Of a stretch of DNA of 64,000 nucleotides, positions 50,656 to 61,216 are shown one piece after another. This DNA is from an uncultured candidatus Porisulfidus sp. (lineage in GTDB: Bacteria; Pseudomonadota; Gammaproteobacteria; Poriferisulfidales; Poriferisulfidaceae). Position 1 is the first letter of the stretch. Each line of letters starts with the position of its first letter. The DNA lies in the NCBI GenBank assembly GCA_965116025.1, contig OZ220480.1:1760001-1824000 (forward strand), in the 5' to 3' direction. Below the pieces are notes generated by a model. That model was given only the letters and a program-made list of their open reading frames with translations, was not told where the DNA came from and did no database searches. The translations under genes were made by a program, and so were the position numbers.

Positions 50656-50700
50656 CTCCCACCTTGCTATAATCCCTGTCCACCGAGTCACAGCGCGATC

Positions 50701-51033
50701 ATGAAGGAACCCGAACCCATTTACAAAGTCATTTTCTTCTCGAATGGGGAAATCTACGAAATCTACGCGGAGCACGTATATTCTTCAGACCTGTACGGTT
50801 TCATCGTCATCGAGAACATCATTTTCGGCGAGAGGGCGAAAGTCGTGGTCGACCCGAGCGAAGAGCGCCTGAAAACCGAATTCAAGTCGGTGCCCCGAAC
50901 CTACGTTCCCATGCACGCGATCATGCGCATCGACGAAGTGGAAAAGGCCGGAACCGGCGAGATTCGCAAGGCTGAGGGAAACGTGACGTATTTGTCTCCG
51001 ATAGCGGGAACGGGCGATATCCAAAAACTTTGA
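50701..51033 (+). CDS. DUF1820 family protein
   Basis: YKVIF...YEIYA, VVDPSEERLKTEF, RIDEVEK. Confidence 0.85.
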   Translation: MKEPEPIYKVIFFSNGEIYEIYAEHVYSSDLYGFIVIENIIFGERAKVVVDPSEERLKTEFKSVPRTYVPMHAIMRIDEVEKAGTGEIRKAEGNVTYLSPIAGTGDIQKL

Positions 51034-51060
51034 GGCATACGCCCGGAGAATTCCCGAAGT

Positions 51061-51155
<95 letters not shown>

Positions 51156-51284
51156 CGTCTCCCACTCGCGCGAGCCTGATCGCGGACCACGCTCCGACTT
51201 GATCGCGACATTGGCTTGATCGTGAGAAAGAGTCCAGATCGCCGTGACTCGAAGGCTCGCATGGACGGCCAGAAAGCGCGGGCG

Positions 51285-52679
51285 ATGGAGCTCCCCGCTC
51301 TCCAGAAATCACGTAACATCGCGACGATACGCGCCTTGCCGCGCTCCTCGGTTCCGGCGCTCCTGCTCACCACCATTCTCACGCTTCCCGCTTGGGGAGC
51401 ATTCCCATGGGAAAGCGCGGACGGCTCACTTCCCTCGCTCGCTCCCATGCTTGAGGAAGCGGTCCCAGCGGTGGTCAACATCTCCACGGCCCACGAGGAG
51501 GTCGTGCGCATGAGCCCGCTTTTCCGCGATCCTTTCTTCCAGCATTTTTTCGGGCAGCCCGGGCGGCGTAGCCACAAGCGAGTGCGCCGAGGTCTCGGCA
51601 CCGGCGTCATCCTGGACGCGGAGAAAGGCCACGTCGTCACCAATCACCACCTGATAGCGAAAGCGGACCAAATCACCGTGACTCTTGGTGATGGCCGCGA
51701 GATCAAGGCCGAAGTGATCGGATCCGACAGCGAGACCGACGTGGCGATGCTCCGCGTCCAAGCCGACAATCTGACGACCTTGCCAATCGCCGATTCCGAG
51801 CGAGTGAGCGTCGGCGATTTCGTAGTGGCCATCGGCAACCCCTTCGGCCTCGGCCAGACCGTGACTTCTGGCATCATTAGCGCCTTAGGACGTAGCGGCG
51901 TATTCGACAATTACGGCTACGAGGACTTCATCCAAACCGACGCGTCCATTAATCCCGGAAATTCCGGCGGCGCCTTGGTGAACCTGCGCGGAGAGTTGAT
52001 TGGCATCAACACCGCGATCCTAAGCCGCTCTGGTGGCAACATCGGTATCGGATTCGCGATTCCCATCCACATGGTGCGCCAAGTGGCCGACCAATTAATC
52101 GAATTCGGGCAAGTGCGGCGCGGACAGCTAGGCGTGCAAGCGCAGGCCATGACTCCAGAATTGGCCGAGGCGTTTGGTCTTGAGCGCAGCGAGGGCGTCG
52201 TCATCACCGAAGTGGTCCCGGGCTCCCCCGCCGAGCGGGCCGGAATCACTCCAGGAGACGTGCTGATTCGCATTGATGGAGAAGAGATATTCGACGTGAA
52301 GGACATGCGCAACGTGCTGGGCCTGCTGCGCGCCGGACGCGAGGTGGAGATCGAGCTGCTACGCGGCCGCGCGGTCGTGGCGGTCCGGGCGGCGACCGCC
52401 ACTCTGCGCATCGATGGCGCGAATCTGCACCCGGGCATGGCCGGACTCACCCTCTCGACCGGGCGCGACTCCGACGCCACGTTCGTGGAGATCATTCGGG
52501 TCGAGCCGGGCCACCCTGCCGCGCGGGCTGGAATCCGCGCTGGCGACCGGCTACGCTCGGTCAACCGCCGCCCCGTGAAAAACGTGGAAGATATCCGCGC
52601 CGTCATCAGCCGCGACTCTCCCCAAGTGCTGCTCCAAATCCAACGCGGCGCGCGCAGGCAATTTCTCTTGCTTCCCTGA
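51285..52679 (+). CDS. degQ: DegQ/DegP (Do) serine endoprotease; start uncertain
   Basis: TNHH, DVA, QTDASINPGNSGG triad motifs; two PDZ domains. Confidence 0.92.
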   Translation: MELPALQKSRNIATIRALPRSSVPALLLTTILTLPAWGAFPWESADGSLPSLAPMLEEAVPAVVNISTAHEEVVRMSPLFRDPFFQHFFGQPGRRSHKRVRRGLGTGVILDAEKGHVVTNHHLIAKADQITVTLGDGREIKAEVIGSDSETDVAMLRVQADNLTTLPIADSERVSVGDFVVAIGNPFGLGQTVTSGIISALGRSGVFDNYGYEDFIQTDASINPGNSGGALVNLRGELIGINTAILSRSGGNIGIGFAIPIHMVRQVADQLIEFGQVRRGQLGVQAQAMTPELAEAFGLERSEGVVITEVVPGSPAERAGITPGDVLIRIDGEEIFDVKDMRNVLGLLRAGREVEIELLRGRAVVAVRAATATLRIDGANLHPGMAGLTLSTGRDSDATFVEIIRVEPGHPAARAGIRAGDRLRSVNRRPVKNVEDIRAVISRDSPQVLLQIQRGARRQFLLLP

Positions 52680-52681
52680 CC

Positions 52682-54514
52682 ATGGCCTCTCCATATCAGG
52701 ACGAACTGGCGCGCGGCGCTCGTCAGACGCACCGGCGGTTGCGGTTGCTGGCGATCTTGGGCAGCTTGCTGCTGACGTTGCTGCTCGTCCGAATTGGCTG
52801 GATGCAAACCGTCCACACCAAGCACTTCACCGCGTTGTCGGCCGAGAACCACCTGCGCCAGATTCCAGTCGCGCCATCCCGTGGCTTGATCTTCGACCGC
52901 CACGGCGCCTTGCTCGCCGACAATACCGTCCAATACAGCCTGAGCCTGATTCTCTCCCAGGTCAAAGACCTGGACCATACGGTGTCGCGTCTGCGGCAGC
53001 TGGTCGACATCCAGGATCAAGAAGTCGCGGTCTTTCGGCAACGCGGACGGCGCCAGAGATTCGAGACCACCCACCTCAAGACCAATCTTTCGGACGAGAC
53101 GATCGCGCGAACCGCCGTGAAACTGCACCAACTGCCCAGCGTGTATCTAGAGGCTTATACAGCGCGCCGCTACGCCTTTGGCGAAACGACCGCCCACGTG
53201 ATCGGCCATCTCGCCAGCATCAACAAAAAAGATCGCGAGCGCATGGACCATTATCGTTACCGCGGCACCAGAAGAATCGGCCGAGCCGGCATCGAGCGTC
53301 AATACGAGTCTCTGCTGCTCGGGGCGCCAGGCCTGCAGCAGGCTGAGGTCAACGCGCAAGGACGCTCCCTGGTAATGCATGACCTCAAGGCGCCCACTCC
53401 TGGAAAAAACCTGATACTCACCTTGGACGCCGAGCTGCAAAAGACCGCGAGCCAGGAAATGGCCGGAATGGCTGGAGCTATCGTCGCCATCGAGCCCGCC
53501 ACGGGAGACGTTCTGGCCTTGGTCAGCGCACCGAGTTTCGATCCTGGCGTCTTCGGCCACAGCATTGACCCGAAAGCCTACAAAAACTTGATCCAGAACG
53601 TGAAGAACCCCTTGCTGAATCGGGCCATTCAGGGGCAGTACGCGCCCGGCTCTACGATCAAGCCGATTATCGCCCTGGCTGGACTGGAATCAGGCCACGC
53701 CACCCCTGGAAGAAAGTTTTTCGCCAGCCCCTCTTTTCGCATCCCGAGCTACCAGCGACCCTTTCGGGATTGGAAGAAGGAAGGCCATGGCTGGGTCACG
53801 GTCTCTTCCTCGATCATCCAGTCCTGCGACGTCTACTTTTACTCGCTGGCCTACCGCATGGGAATCGAGAACCTGGCGCCCTTCCTCGCGCGATTCGGTC
53901 TGGGGCAGGCCCAACGAATCGATCTGCCTGGAGAGCGCCCTGGCTTACTTCCAGACGATGCCTGGAAGCGAAAAACGCGCGGGCAGCCCTGGTATCCGGG
54001 AGAAACCGTGAACATGGGCATTGGCCAAGGCTATCTACTGGTCACTCCGCTGCAGCTCGCGACCGCGACCGCGGTCCTGGCGAATCGCGGAACGCGCGTG
54101 AAGCCCCGCTTGCTGCTCGCCTATGAGCAGGACGGGGAAACCATCCAGAATCCTCCAGAGGAAATTGGCCATGTGGCGCTGTCCCGACCGGACTGGTGGA
54201 ATCTGATCACGAAAGCCATGATCGACGTGGTCCATGCCCCCAACGGCACCGCCCGACGTTCCGGGAAAGACGCGGCTTACCTGATCGCGGGCAAGACCGG
54301 AACGGTGCAGGTGATCAGCTACGGCGAGGACCACCCCGACTCCGAAGATCTCCCAGAGCATATCCGCGATCATTCCCTATTTATCGCCTTCGCTCCGGCT
54401 GAATCTCCACTCATCGCTCTCGCCGTGGTCGTCGAGCACGGAGGGCACGGCTCGACGAAGGCGGCACCCATCGCGCGCCGAATTCTGGATTCTTATCTTA
54501 TGAGGAATTCCTGA
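52682..54514 (+). CDS. mrdA: Penicillin-binding protein 2
   Basis: RGLIFDR, PGSTIK, SCDVYFY, GKTGT. Confidence 0.96.
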   Translation: MASPYQDELARGARQTHRRLRLLAILGSLLLTLLLVRIGWMQTVHTKHFTALSAENHLRQIPVAPSRGLIFDRHGALLADNTVQYSLSLILSQVKDLDHTVSRLRQLVDIQDQEVAVFRQRGRRQRFETTHLKTNLSDETIARTAVKLHQLPSVYLEAYTARRYAFGETTAHVIGHLASINKKDRERMDHYRYRGTRRIGRAGIERQYESLLLGAPGLQQAEVNAQGRSLVMHDLKAPTPGKNLILTLDAELQKTASQEMAGMAGAIVAIEPATGDVLALVSAPSFDPGVFGHSIDPKAYKNLIQNVKNPLLNRAIQGQYAPGSTIKPIIALAGLESGHATPGRKFFASPSFRIPSYQRPFRDWKKEGHGWVTVSSSIIQSCDVYFYSLAYRMGIENLAPFLARFGLGQAQRIDLPGERPGLLPDDAWKRKTRGQPWYPGETVNMGIGQGYLLVTPLQLATATAVLANRGTRVKPRLLLAYEQDGETIQNPPEEIGHVALSRPDWWNLITKAMIDVVHAPNGTARRSGKDAAYLIAGKTGTVQVISYGEDHPDSEDLPEHIRDHSLFIAFAPAESPLIALAVVVEHGGHGSTKAAPIARRILDSYLMRNS

Positions 54515-55617
54515 TGCCACGAGGACCGCTTTCCGCCGTGGCCCGGCTGGTAGCCCCACTGGATATCTTGCTGACGCTAACGATTCTCGCGGTGCTGGCG
54601 ATCAGCTTGGCCATCCAGCTCAGCGCCAACGATATGAGCCTGCAGGCCACCCAACGGCATGGCGCGCGCGTCGGCATTGGCTTGCTCGCGCTTTTGGTCT
54701 TGGCGCACGTCTCTCCCCGCCATCTGAGACGGTGGGCCCCGACTTTGTTCGCGTTCAACCTTCTCTTGCTGGTTGCGGTCCTTTTCTACGGAAGCGGAGG
54801 AAGCGCCCAGCGCTGGCTGGCGATCGGCCCGGTCGTTCTACAGCCATCCGAATTTCTCAAGCTCACCGTCCCCATGATCGCGGCCTACGTCCTAGCGCCT
54901 TCCTTGCCCCCCCCGAATCCGATTCGCGTGCTTCTAACGCTGACGCTCGTGGGCGTGGCGACCGCGCTCGTCGCGATCCAGCCGGACCTCGGCACGGCGC
55001 TTCTGGTCTCCGCGGTCGGAATGTCGGTGATCCTTCTGGCCGGAGTCTCGAAGCGATGGATCCTCAGCCTGGGAGCGCTGGCCGGAATTAGCTTTCCCTT
55101 CGTCTGGCTATACGCCTTGCGCGAGTACCAAAAAGATCGCATCCGTATTTTTTTCAACCCGGAAGCGGACCCGCTCGGCAGCGGCTATAACGTGATCCAG
55201 TCCAAGATCGCGGTCGGCTCCGGCGGCCTCACCGGAAAAGGCTGGGCGGAAAGCACCCAAGCGCGGTTCGATTTCCTGCCAGAGCACTCGACCGACTTCA
55301 TCTTCTCCGTCTACGCCGAGGAGTTCGGCCTGGTCGGAGTGACCGCGCTGATTGGCCTGTATCTGGCAATCCTGTGGCGAGTGGTGGCCATGAATCGAGC
55401 CGACCCCGACCGCTTCAGCCAGCTACTGGTCGGAGGGCTTGGCCTATCTCTGCTCATCCACATTCTGATCAATATCGCAATGACCATCGGCTACGCTCCG
55501 GTGACCGGCTCGCCATTGCCCCTGATAAGCTATGGGGGAAGCTCCATGATCAGCACCTTGGCCGCTTTCGGTATGATGATGGCCGCCCGACATTACGCTC
55601 GCGTGGATCTCAAGTGA
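54514..55617 (+). CDS. rodA: Rod shape-determining protein RodA
   Basis: QPSEFLK, QPDLGT, FLPEHSTDFIF, ISYGGSS. Confidence 0.96.
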   Translation: MPRGPLSAVARLVAPLDILLTLTILAVLAISLAIQLSANDMSLQATQRHGARVGIGLLALLVLAHVSPRHLRRWAPTLFAFNLLLLVAVLFYGSGGSAQRWLAIGPVVLQPSEFLKLTVPMIAAYVLAPSLPPPNPIRVLLTLTLVGVATALVAIQPDLGTALLVSAVGMSVILLAGVSKRWILSLGALAGISFPFVWLYALREYQKDRIRIFFNPEADPLGSGYNVIQSKIAVGSGGLTGKGWAESTQARFDFLPEHSTDFIFSVYAEEFGLVGVTALIGLYLAILWRVVAMNRADPDRFSQLLVGGLGLSLLIHILINIAMTIGYAPVTGSPLPLISYGGSSMISTLAAFGMMMAARHYARVDLK

Positions 55618-56594
55618 TGATTCCCCTCAAATACTGGCTTCCACTTTGCCTTTTTCCCGCCTGCTCCCTAGCTGGCGAGGCGGTCGTTCCGTATGGAGAG
55701 CGACCTGAAGTTCGCGCTTGGATCGACCGCGTGGTCGAACAGCATGGGCTGCCGGCCAAGCGAGTCCACCGCTTGATTCTCGAAAGCCAGCATCAACCCA
55801 AAGTCATCGCCGCGGCTCGCCGTCCCGCGGAATCCAAGCCTTGGCACTGGTATCGGAACGTCTTCCTCACCGACGACCGCATTCGGAAAGGACGAAACTA
55901 TCTTCGTGAGCGTGCCGCCTTGCTCGCCGACGCGGAGCGCGCTTATCAGGTTCCCGGCGAAGTGATCGCCGCCATCATCGCGGCCGAATCCAACTTCGGG
56001 CGTCATACCGGCTCGCATCCGACGCTAGATACCTTGGTGACTCTGGGCTTCGATTACCCGCCTCGCCAGAAATTTTTCCTTGGGCAACTAGAGCATCTGT
56101 TCCTGCTGGAACGCGAGGCCGGGCTAGATATCAAGGAACTGCGGGGCTCTTGGGCCGGCGCGCTGGGACAGGCTCAGTTCATTCCCAGCAGCTATCGGAG
56201 CTTCGCCGTCGACGGGGACCAGGATGGTCGACGTAACTTGTGGGATAGCCAAGCGGATATCGTGTTCAGCATCGGAAATTATTTTCGGAAGCACCATTGG
56301 CGTCCAGGCGAGCCCGTCGCGGAGGTGATACGGCCCGAAGATCCAGACGCGCTCCCATTGAGCGAAGGCCTGTCGCCGAAAATCTCGACGGAGCGGCTGG
56401 CCGCGGCCGGAATAAAGCTTCGTCACCCAACATCTGAGCCGGTGGCCGTGCACCGCTTCGAGAATCCATCCTCATTCGAATACTGGGTGGGTTATCACAA
56501 TTTTTACGTGATCACGCGCTACAACCACAGCGCCTTGTACGCGCTGATGATTCACCAACTGAGCCGGGCCTTGCGGGATGACCCGAAGACTTGA
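55617..56594 (+). CDS. mltB: Lytic murein transglycosylase B
   Basis: ESNFG, GSWAGALG..QFIPSSY, DGDQDG, NFYVITRYN. Confidence 0.94.
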   Translation: MIPLKYWLPLCLFPACSLAGEAVVPYGERPEVRAWIDRVVEQHGLPAKRVHRLILESQHQPKVIAAARRPAESKPWHWYRNVFLTDDRIRKGRNYLRERAALLADAERAYQVPGEVIAAIIAAESNFGRHTGSHPTLDTLVTLGFDYPPRQKFFLGQLEHLFLLEREAGLDIKELRGSWAGALGQAQFIPSSYRSFAVDGDQDGRRNLWDSQADIVFSIGNYFRKHHWRPGEPVAEVIRPEDPDALPLSEGLSPKISTERLAAAGIKLRHPTSEPVAVHRFENPSSFEYWVGYHNFYVITRYNHSALYALMIHQLSRALRDDPKT

Positions 56595-57345
56595 TCGCGC
56601 GATTGGGACTCTGGTCCTGGCCTCGATCCTTCTCGCCAGCGGCGGATGCGGCGTCTACGACTACGTCGCGGAGGCTTTTTCCGAATCCGAGCCGGCTCCC
56701 ACCCGTGGGCGTGGACCTTCCAGCTACGTCGTCTTGGGGGTTCGCTACCACGTCATGGATTCGTCGGAAGGTTATGTCGAACGCGGCCTCGCGTCCTGGT
56801 ATGGGCCGAACTTCCATGGAAAGAAAACGTCCAGCGGCGAGATCTTCGACATGCATCAGGTGAGCGCCGCGCACAAGACCTTGCCGCTGCATACCTGGGT
56901 CAGGGTGACGCATCTCGAGACGGGACGCTCCCTCACCCTCCGCGTGAATGATCGCGGCCCCTTCGTGGAGAAGCGAATCATAGACTTGTCATACCAAGCG
57001 GCGCTGGCTCTGGGAGTCACCGAAGAGGGCGTGGCTCCAGTCGAGGTCCGGGCCGTTCGCGCCCCCAACGAGGCGAGGCGAGCCAAGGAAAACTGGTTCC
57101 TGCAACTCGGCGCCTTCGCTAGTCGGGGCAACGCGGAAGCGTTCGTGCAAAAACTACGCCGTCTTGGGCTAACCCGAATCTCCGTTCGAACACGGCGGCG
57201 AGGCGCGACGCTGCACCGGGTTCTGCAGGGTCCGCTCAATACCGACATCGAGTTCGATCAAGCCCTCTCAAGACTCGACTCCCTTGGAATCACCGAGTAC
57301 ACCCCGGTGAGCGTTCCTCATTTGAAACCCATAAGGAAACGATGA
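56578..57345 (+). CDS. rlpA: Septal ring lytic transglycosylase RlpA
   Basis: GLASWYG, AAHKTLP, VNDRGPF, IIDLS; C-terminal SPOR domain. Confidence 0.94.
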   Translation: MTRRLDRAIGTLVLASILLASGGCGVYDYVAEAFSESEPAPTRGRGPSSYVVLGVRYHVMDSSEGYVERGLASWYGPNFHGKKTSSGEIFDMHQVSAAHKTLPLHTWVRVTHLETGRSLTLRVNDRGPFVEKRIIDLSYQAALALGVTEEGVAPVEVRAVRAPNEARRAKENWFLQLGAFASRGNAEAFVQKLRRLGLTRISVRTRRRGATLHRVLQGPLNTDIEFDQALSRLDSLGITEYTPVSVPHLKPIRKR

Positions 57346-58487
57346 AACGTATCGCTCTTCTCGCGTTGCTGGCGGCCGGCTCGGCTTGGGCCGAGTTACC
57401 GACTCCGCCACCTCCGCAATTAAGCGCGCCCAGCTACATCCTGATGGACGCGACGAGCGGCGAGGTTCTCGTGGAGGCGAACGCCGACGAGCCCGCGGAA
57501 CCCGCCAGCCTGACCAAGATCATGACCGTCTATCTAACCTTCCGCGCCTTGAAAGAAGGCTTGATCGGAGCGCGCGACCGGGTCACCATCAGCCACCGGG
57601 CGCGCCGAGCGGTCGGCTCCCGCATGTTCGTGGAGGCCAACAGCCAGGTCCCCGTCATCGACCTGCTGCGCGGCGTCATCGTGCAGTCCGGTAACGACGC
57701 GAGCGTCGCGCTCGCGGAGCACATAGCCGGAAACGAGAAGTCCTTCGTCACCATGATGAACGCGGAAGCCGAGCGCCTTGGCATGAGCGCGAGTCACTTC
57801 ACCGACGCATCTGGACTAGGCGGGTCCGACCACCACATGTCCGCCCGCGACATCGCCACCCTGTCCGCGGCCATGATCAACGAATTTCCCGACCTCTACG
57901 CGATGTTTCGGGAGCGGGAATACACCTGGAACGGGATCACACAACCAAACCGCAATCGTTTGCTGAGCTTGGATCCCTCGGTAGACGGCATCAAGACCGG
58001 ATTCACTCAGGCCGCGCGGTACTGCCTGGCCGCGAGCGCCATGCGCCCGGAATTCGAGAACATGCGCTTGGTCTCGGTCGTCCTCGGCGCCAAGGACAAC
58101 CGGGCCAGAGTACGCGACAGCCGGGCATTGCTGAACTGGGGATTCCGCTTCTTCCGCACCCGGGAAATTCATGCCGGCATGGACGCGTTGACCGAGATTC
58201 CGGTCTGGTTCGCGGAAATCGAGAAGATGCCCGTCGGGCTGGCCGAGAGCGTCGTGATGACGTTGCCGGTCGCGGCGTACCTGGAACTGGAGACCACCTA
58301 CCATCTGGAGCCAGAGCTGGAGGCGCCTATATCCCAAGGGCAAACGGTTGGGAGAATCACCGTACGGCACAAAAATCGCATTCTGGCGCAAGCGCCCGCC
58401 ATCGCGCTGGCGGACGCGGAGCAAGTCGGATTCTTCACCCGACTTTGGCATCGCTTACGACGGCTGGCGAACTCCATGCTACCCTGA
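57342..58487 (+). CDS. D-alanyl-D-alanine carboxypeptidase (PBP5/6)
   Basis: PASLTK, SGNDA, GIKTG. Confidence 0.95.
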   Translation: MKRIALLALLAAGSAWAELPTPPPPQLSAPSYILMDATSGEVLVEANADEPAEPASLTKIMTVYLTFRALKEGLIGARDRVTISHRARRAVGSRMFVEANSQVPVIDLLRGVIVQSGNDASVALAEHIAGNEKSFVTMMNAEAERLGMSASHFTDASGLGGSDHHMSARDIATLSAAMINEFPDLYAMFREREYTWNGITQPNRNRLLSLDPSVDGIKTGFTQAARYCLAASAMRPEFENMRLVSVVLGAKDNRARVRDSRALLNWGFRFFRTREIHAGMDALTEIPVWFAEIEKMPVGLAESVVMTLPVAAYLELETTYHLEPELEAPISQGQTVGRITVRHKNRILAQAPAIALADAEQVGFFTRLWHRLRRLANSMLP

Positions 58488-58581
58488 TCCTCCACTTGGA
58501 TTCTCCCGGGCACGGATCGCCCCACGTCCATTAGGGAGCGAGAAAGATCGGTTCCATAATAGAACGCGCCAGACCAAACGA

Positions 58582-59487
58582 ATGGGCGATATGAATCGAA
58601 GGGAAACGCTGGAACGAGATGGCAGGCCCGGCGATGCCCAGCATGCCGCCCCGTCGGTCCCCGCCTACCATAACGGCGAATATCGACCTCTCGAGGAAAT
58701 CAGGATCCCGATCATGGATCACGGTTTTCTATTCGCCGATGGCGTGTACGAGCTGGTCCCGGTCTACCGCAAACGCCCGCGCTGTCTGGATGATCACCTG
58801 ATACGCCTCGAGAAAAGTTTGGACGCCATTCACATAACGGGAGCTCCGACAACGTCGGCATGGCGCGAAATCTGCGCCACTTTGATCGATCAGAGCCCAG
58901 AGGACTGCTTCGTGTATCTGCAGGTCACCCGTGGCGTTATTCCTGATGGCGCCCCGTTTCAAAAACTATTCCAAGATGGCCCGCCCACCGTGTTCGCCAT
59001 GGCGCGTCCCCTGCCTCAAACGCCCGATTCGATCCGCGCCATCACCCGGGAGGACCAACGCTGGGGGCGTTGCCACATCAAGTCCACCATGTTACTGGAG
59101 ACCGTCCTGGCGACGCAGGCGGCCGCGGACCAACATGCGGGAGAGGCGATTCTGCATCGAGGCGAAGAGGTTATGGAAGGCGCGACCAGCAACGTTTTCG
59201 CGGTCATCGATGGCCTGCCGCGCACTCCGGCGTTAAGCCCTCGGATTCTGCCTGGCGTGACCCGGCAACTAACGTTGCTGCTAATGCGCGAGAATGGAAT
59301 GAATTTCCGTGAAGGACACCTGAGCGTAGCGGAACTGAGAAACGCCACGGAAATCTGGATCACCAGCTCCACCCGAGGCGTGATGCCCGTGCTCGAGCTC
59401 GACGGCGCGCCAGTTGGCGATCAGGCCATCGGCCCGGTCACGCGGCGCGTCCGCGATTGGTATCGCGCGTTCCTCCGCGCGTTATGA
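58582..59487 (+). CDS. Class IV aminotransferase (D-amino acid aminotransferase-like)
   Basis: GFLFADGVYE, YLQVTRG, HIKST, EGATSN, ILPGVTR. Confidence 0.9.
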   Translation: MGDMNRRETLERDGRPGDAQHAAPSVPAYHNGEYRPLEEIRIPIMDHGFLFADGVYELVPVYRKRPRCLDDHLIRLEKSLDAIHITGAPTTSAWREICATLIDQSPEDCFVYLQVTRGVIPDGAPFQKLFQDGPPTVFAMARPLPQTPDSIRAITREDQRWGRCHIKSTMLLETVLATQAAADQHAGEAILHRGEEVMEGATSNVFAVIDGLPRTPALSPRILPGVTRQLTLLLMRENGMNFREGHLSVAELRNATEIWITSSTRGVMPVLELDGAPVGDQAIGPVTRRVRDWYRAFLRAL

Positions 59488-60116
59488 CTTCGGCGCCGCC
59501 GCTCGTCCGACGTTGGGAGTTGTACGAATATGAGCCCTGCGCCGAAGCCATGCGCCGGCTAACCGAGGAAAGAGACGAGGCCAGCGCGGACGAGATCTGG
59601 TTGCTGCAACACCCGAGCGTTCTGACCCTCGGAGCGGGAGCCGACCCTAGCCACATCCACTCCTCGCGATCTTTGCCTGTCGTGAGAAGCTCTCGCGGCG
59701 GTCAGGCGACCTGTCACGCTCCAGGCCAGCTGATCGTCTATACCTTGCTAGACTTGCGCCGACTGCGCCTCGGGGCGCGCGCCTTGGTCGAGCGGCTGGA
59801 AAACGCGCTCCTCGCGTTGCTGGCGGAAGCGAACGCTCCCGCCCATAGAAAAGATGGCATGCCTGGCGTTTACGCGGATGGGAAGAAAATCGCGTCCATC
59901 GGCCTGAGGATCAACCGCGGGCGAAGCTCCCACGGGCTCGCGCTGAACGTCCATCCAGACCTTCGCCTGTTCCGGCAAATCGACATCTGCGGCGACCCCG
60001 AACTGGAGGCCACGAGCCTGCGCGAATACGGGGTGGAATGGAGCGTCGCCGAGACGGCCCGGAGATTGCTTCCGCATCTGCTACGGTCCTTGTACTCGAA
60101 CGAGGTCCACGCATGA
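59484..60116 (+). CDS. lipB: Lipoyl(octanoyl) transferase
   Basis: [35 protein letters not shown]. Confidence 0.95.
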   Translation: MTSAPPLVRRWELYEYEPCAEAMRRLTEERDEASADEIWLLQHPSVLTLGAGADPSHIHSSRSLPVVRSSRGGQATCHAPGQLIVYTLLDLRRLRLGARALVERLENALLALLAEANAPAHRKDGMPGVYADGKKIASIGLRINRGRSSHGLALNVHPDLRLFRQIDICGDPELEATSLREYGVEWSVAETARRLLPHLLRSLYSNEVHA

Positions 60117-61072
60117 GCCTCCCCCCCGGCGTCAAGCAAACCGCTCAGCAAAAGATCTCTCGCATACCGATCCAGCCGGCTACCAACGCCCCGGTCTTGC
60201 GCAAGCCACCTTGGTTGCGCGTTCAACTGCGACACGCCTCTCCAGTGCGACGGATGCGCGAAATTCTCCGCGCTCAGTCCCTGCGCACCGTCTGCGAGGA
60301 AGCGTCCTGCCCGAATCTTCCAGAATGTTATGGGCAGGGCACCGCCACGTTCATGATTCTCGGCGACCTATGCACACGACGCTGCCCGTTCTGCGACGTG
60401 GCCCACGGACGCCCGCTTCCCGTAGACTCTGACGAGCCGGAACGCCTAGCGCGAGCGGTCGCGTCGCTGAAGTTGCGCTATGTAGTGATCACCTCGGTGG
60501 ATCGGGACGACCTGCGTGACGGAGGCGCCCGGCACTTCGCGGAATGCGTCCGCGCCACGCGCGAGCGTAACCCGGGCATTCGCGTCGAGATTCTGGTGCC
60601 GGACTTTCGTGGCCGACTGGATCGAGCCTTGGAGGAGCTCAGCGACGAGGTCCCGGACGTTTTCAATCACAACGTAGAAACGGTCCCGCAACTGTATCGC
60701 GCCACGCGACCCGGCGCCGACTACCTGCACTCTCTGGAATTGCTGAGGCGGTTCGGCGGCGCGCACCCAGGCGTTCCGACCAAATCGGGCTTGATGCTAG
60801 GCCTGGGCGAGACCACTCAACAAATCCATGCCGTCATGCGCGATCTTCTGGATCATGGCTGCCAAATGCTAACGCTGGGGCAATACCTGCAACCGACTCG
60901 GCACCACCTCCCGGTCCGTCGCTACGTCCCGCCGGACGAATTCGAGGAGCTGGCGGTCCGAGCCAAGGAACTCGGATTCCTAGAGGTGGCGAGCGGCCCC
61001 TTGGTACGCTCTTCCTACCATGCGGACCAGCAGGCGGTGAACGCGCTTAGGCTTGGCTTCGAATCAGAATGA
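60113..61072 (+). CDS. lipA: Lipoyl synthase
   Basis: [26 protein letters not shown]. Confidence 0.98.
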   Translation: MSLPPGVKQTAQQKISRIPIQPATNAPVLRKPPWLRVQLRHASPVRRMREILRAQSLRTVCEEASCPNLPECYGQGTATFMILGDLCTRRCPFCDVAHGRPLPVDSDEPERLARAVASLKLRYVVITSVDRDDLRDGGARHFAECVRATRERNPGIRVEILVPDFRGRLDRALEELSDEVPDVFNHNVETVPQLYRATRPGADYLHSLELLRRFGGAHPGVPTKSGLMLGLGETTQQIHAVMRDLLDHGCQMLTLGQYLQPTRHHLPVRRYVPPDEFEELAVRAKELGFLEVASGPLVRSSYHADQQAVNALRLGFESE

Positions 61073-61216
61073 TTCGCGCGCGTCTACAGGTGGAAAATAG
61101 CGCCGGACGAGCGTGACCGTATCCACTCCCGGCTCGCGCGCGGCGCCAATTCTTCATTACAGAAGCCGCACGCGACGTTCTCTATCGCTTCGAGACGAGT
61201 CTCTCCAACTCAGGGA

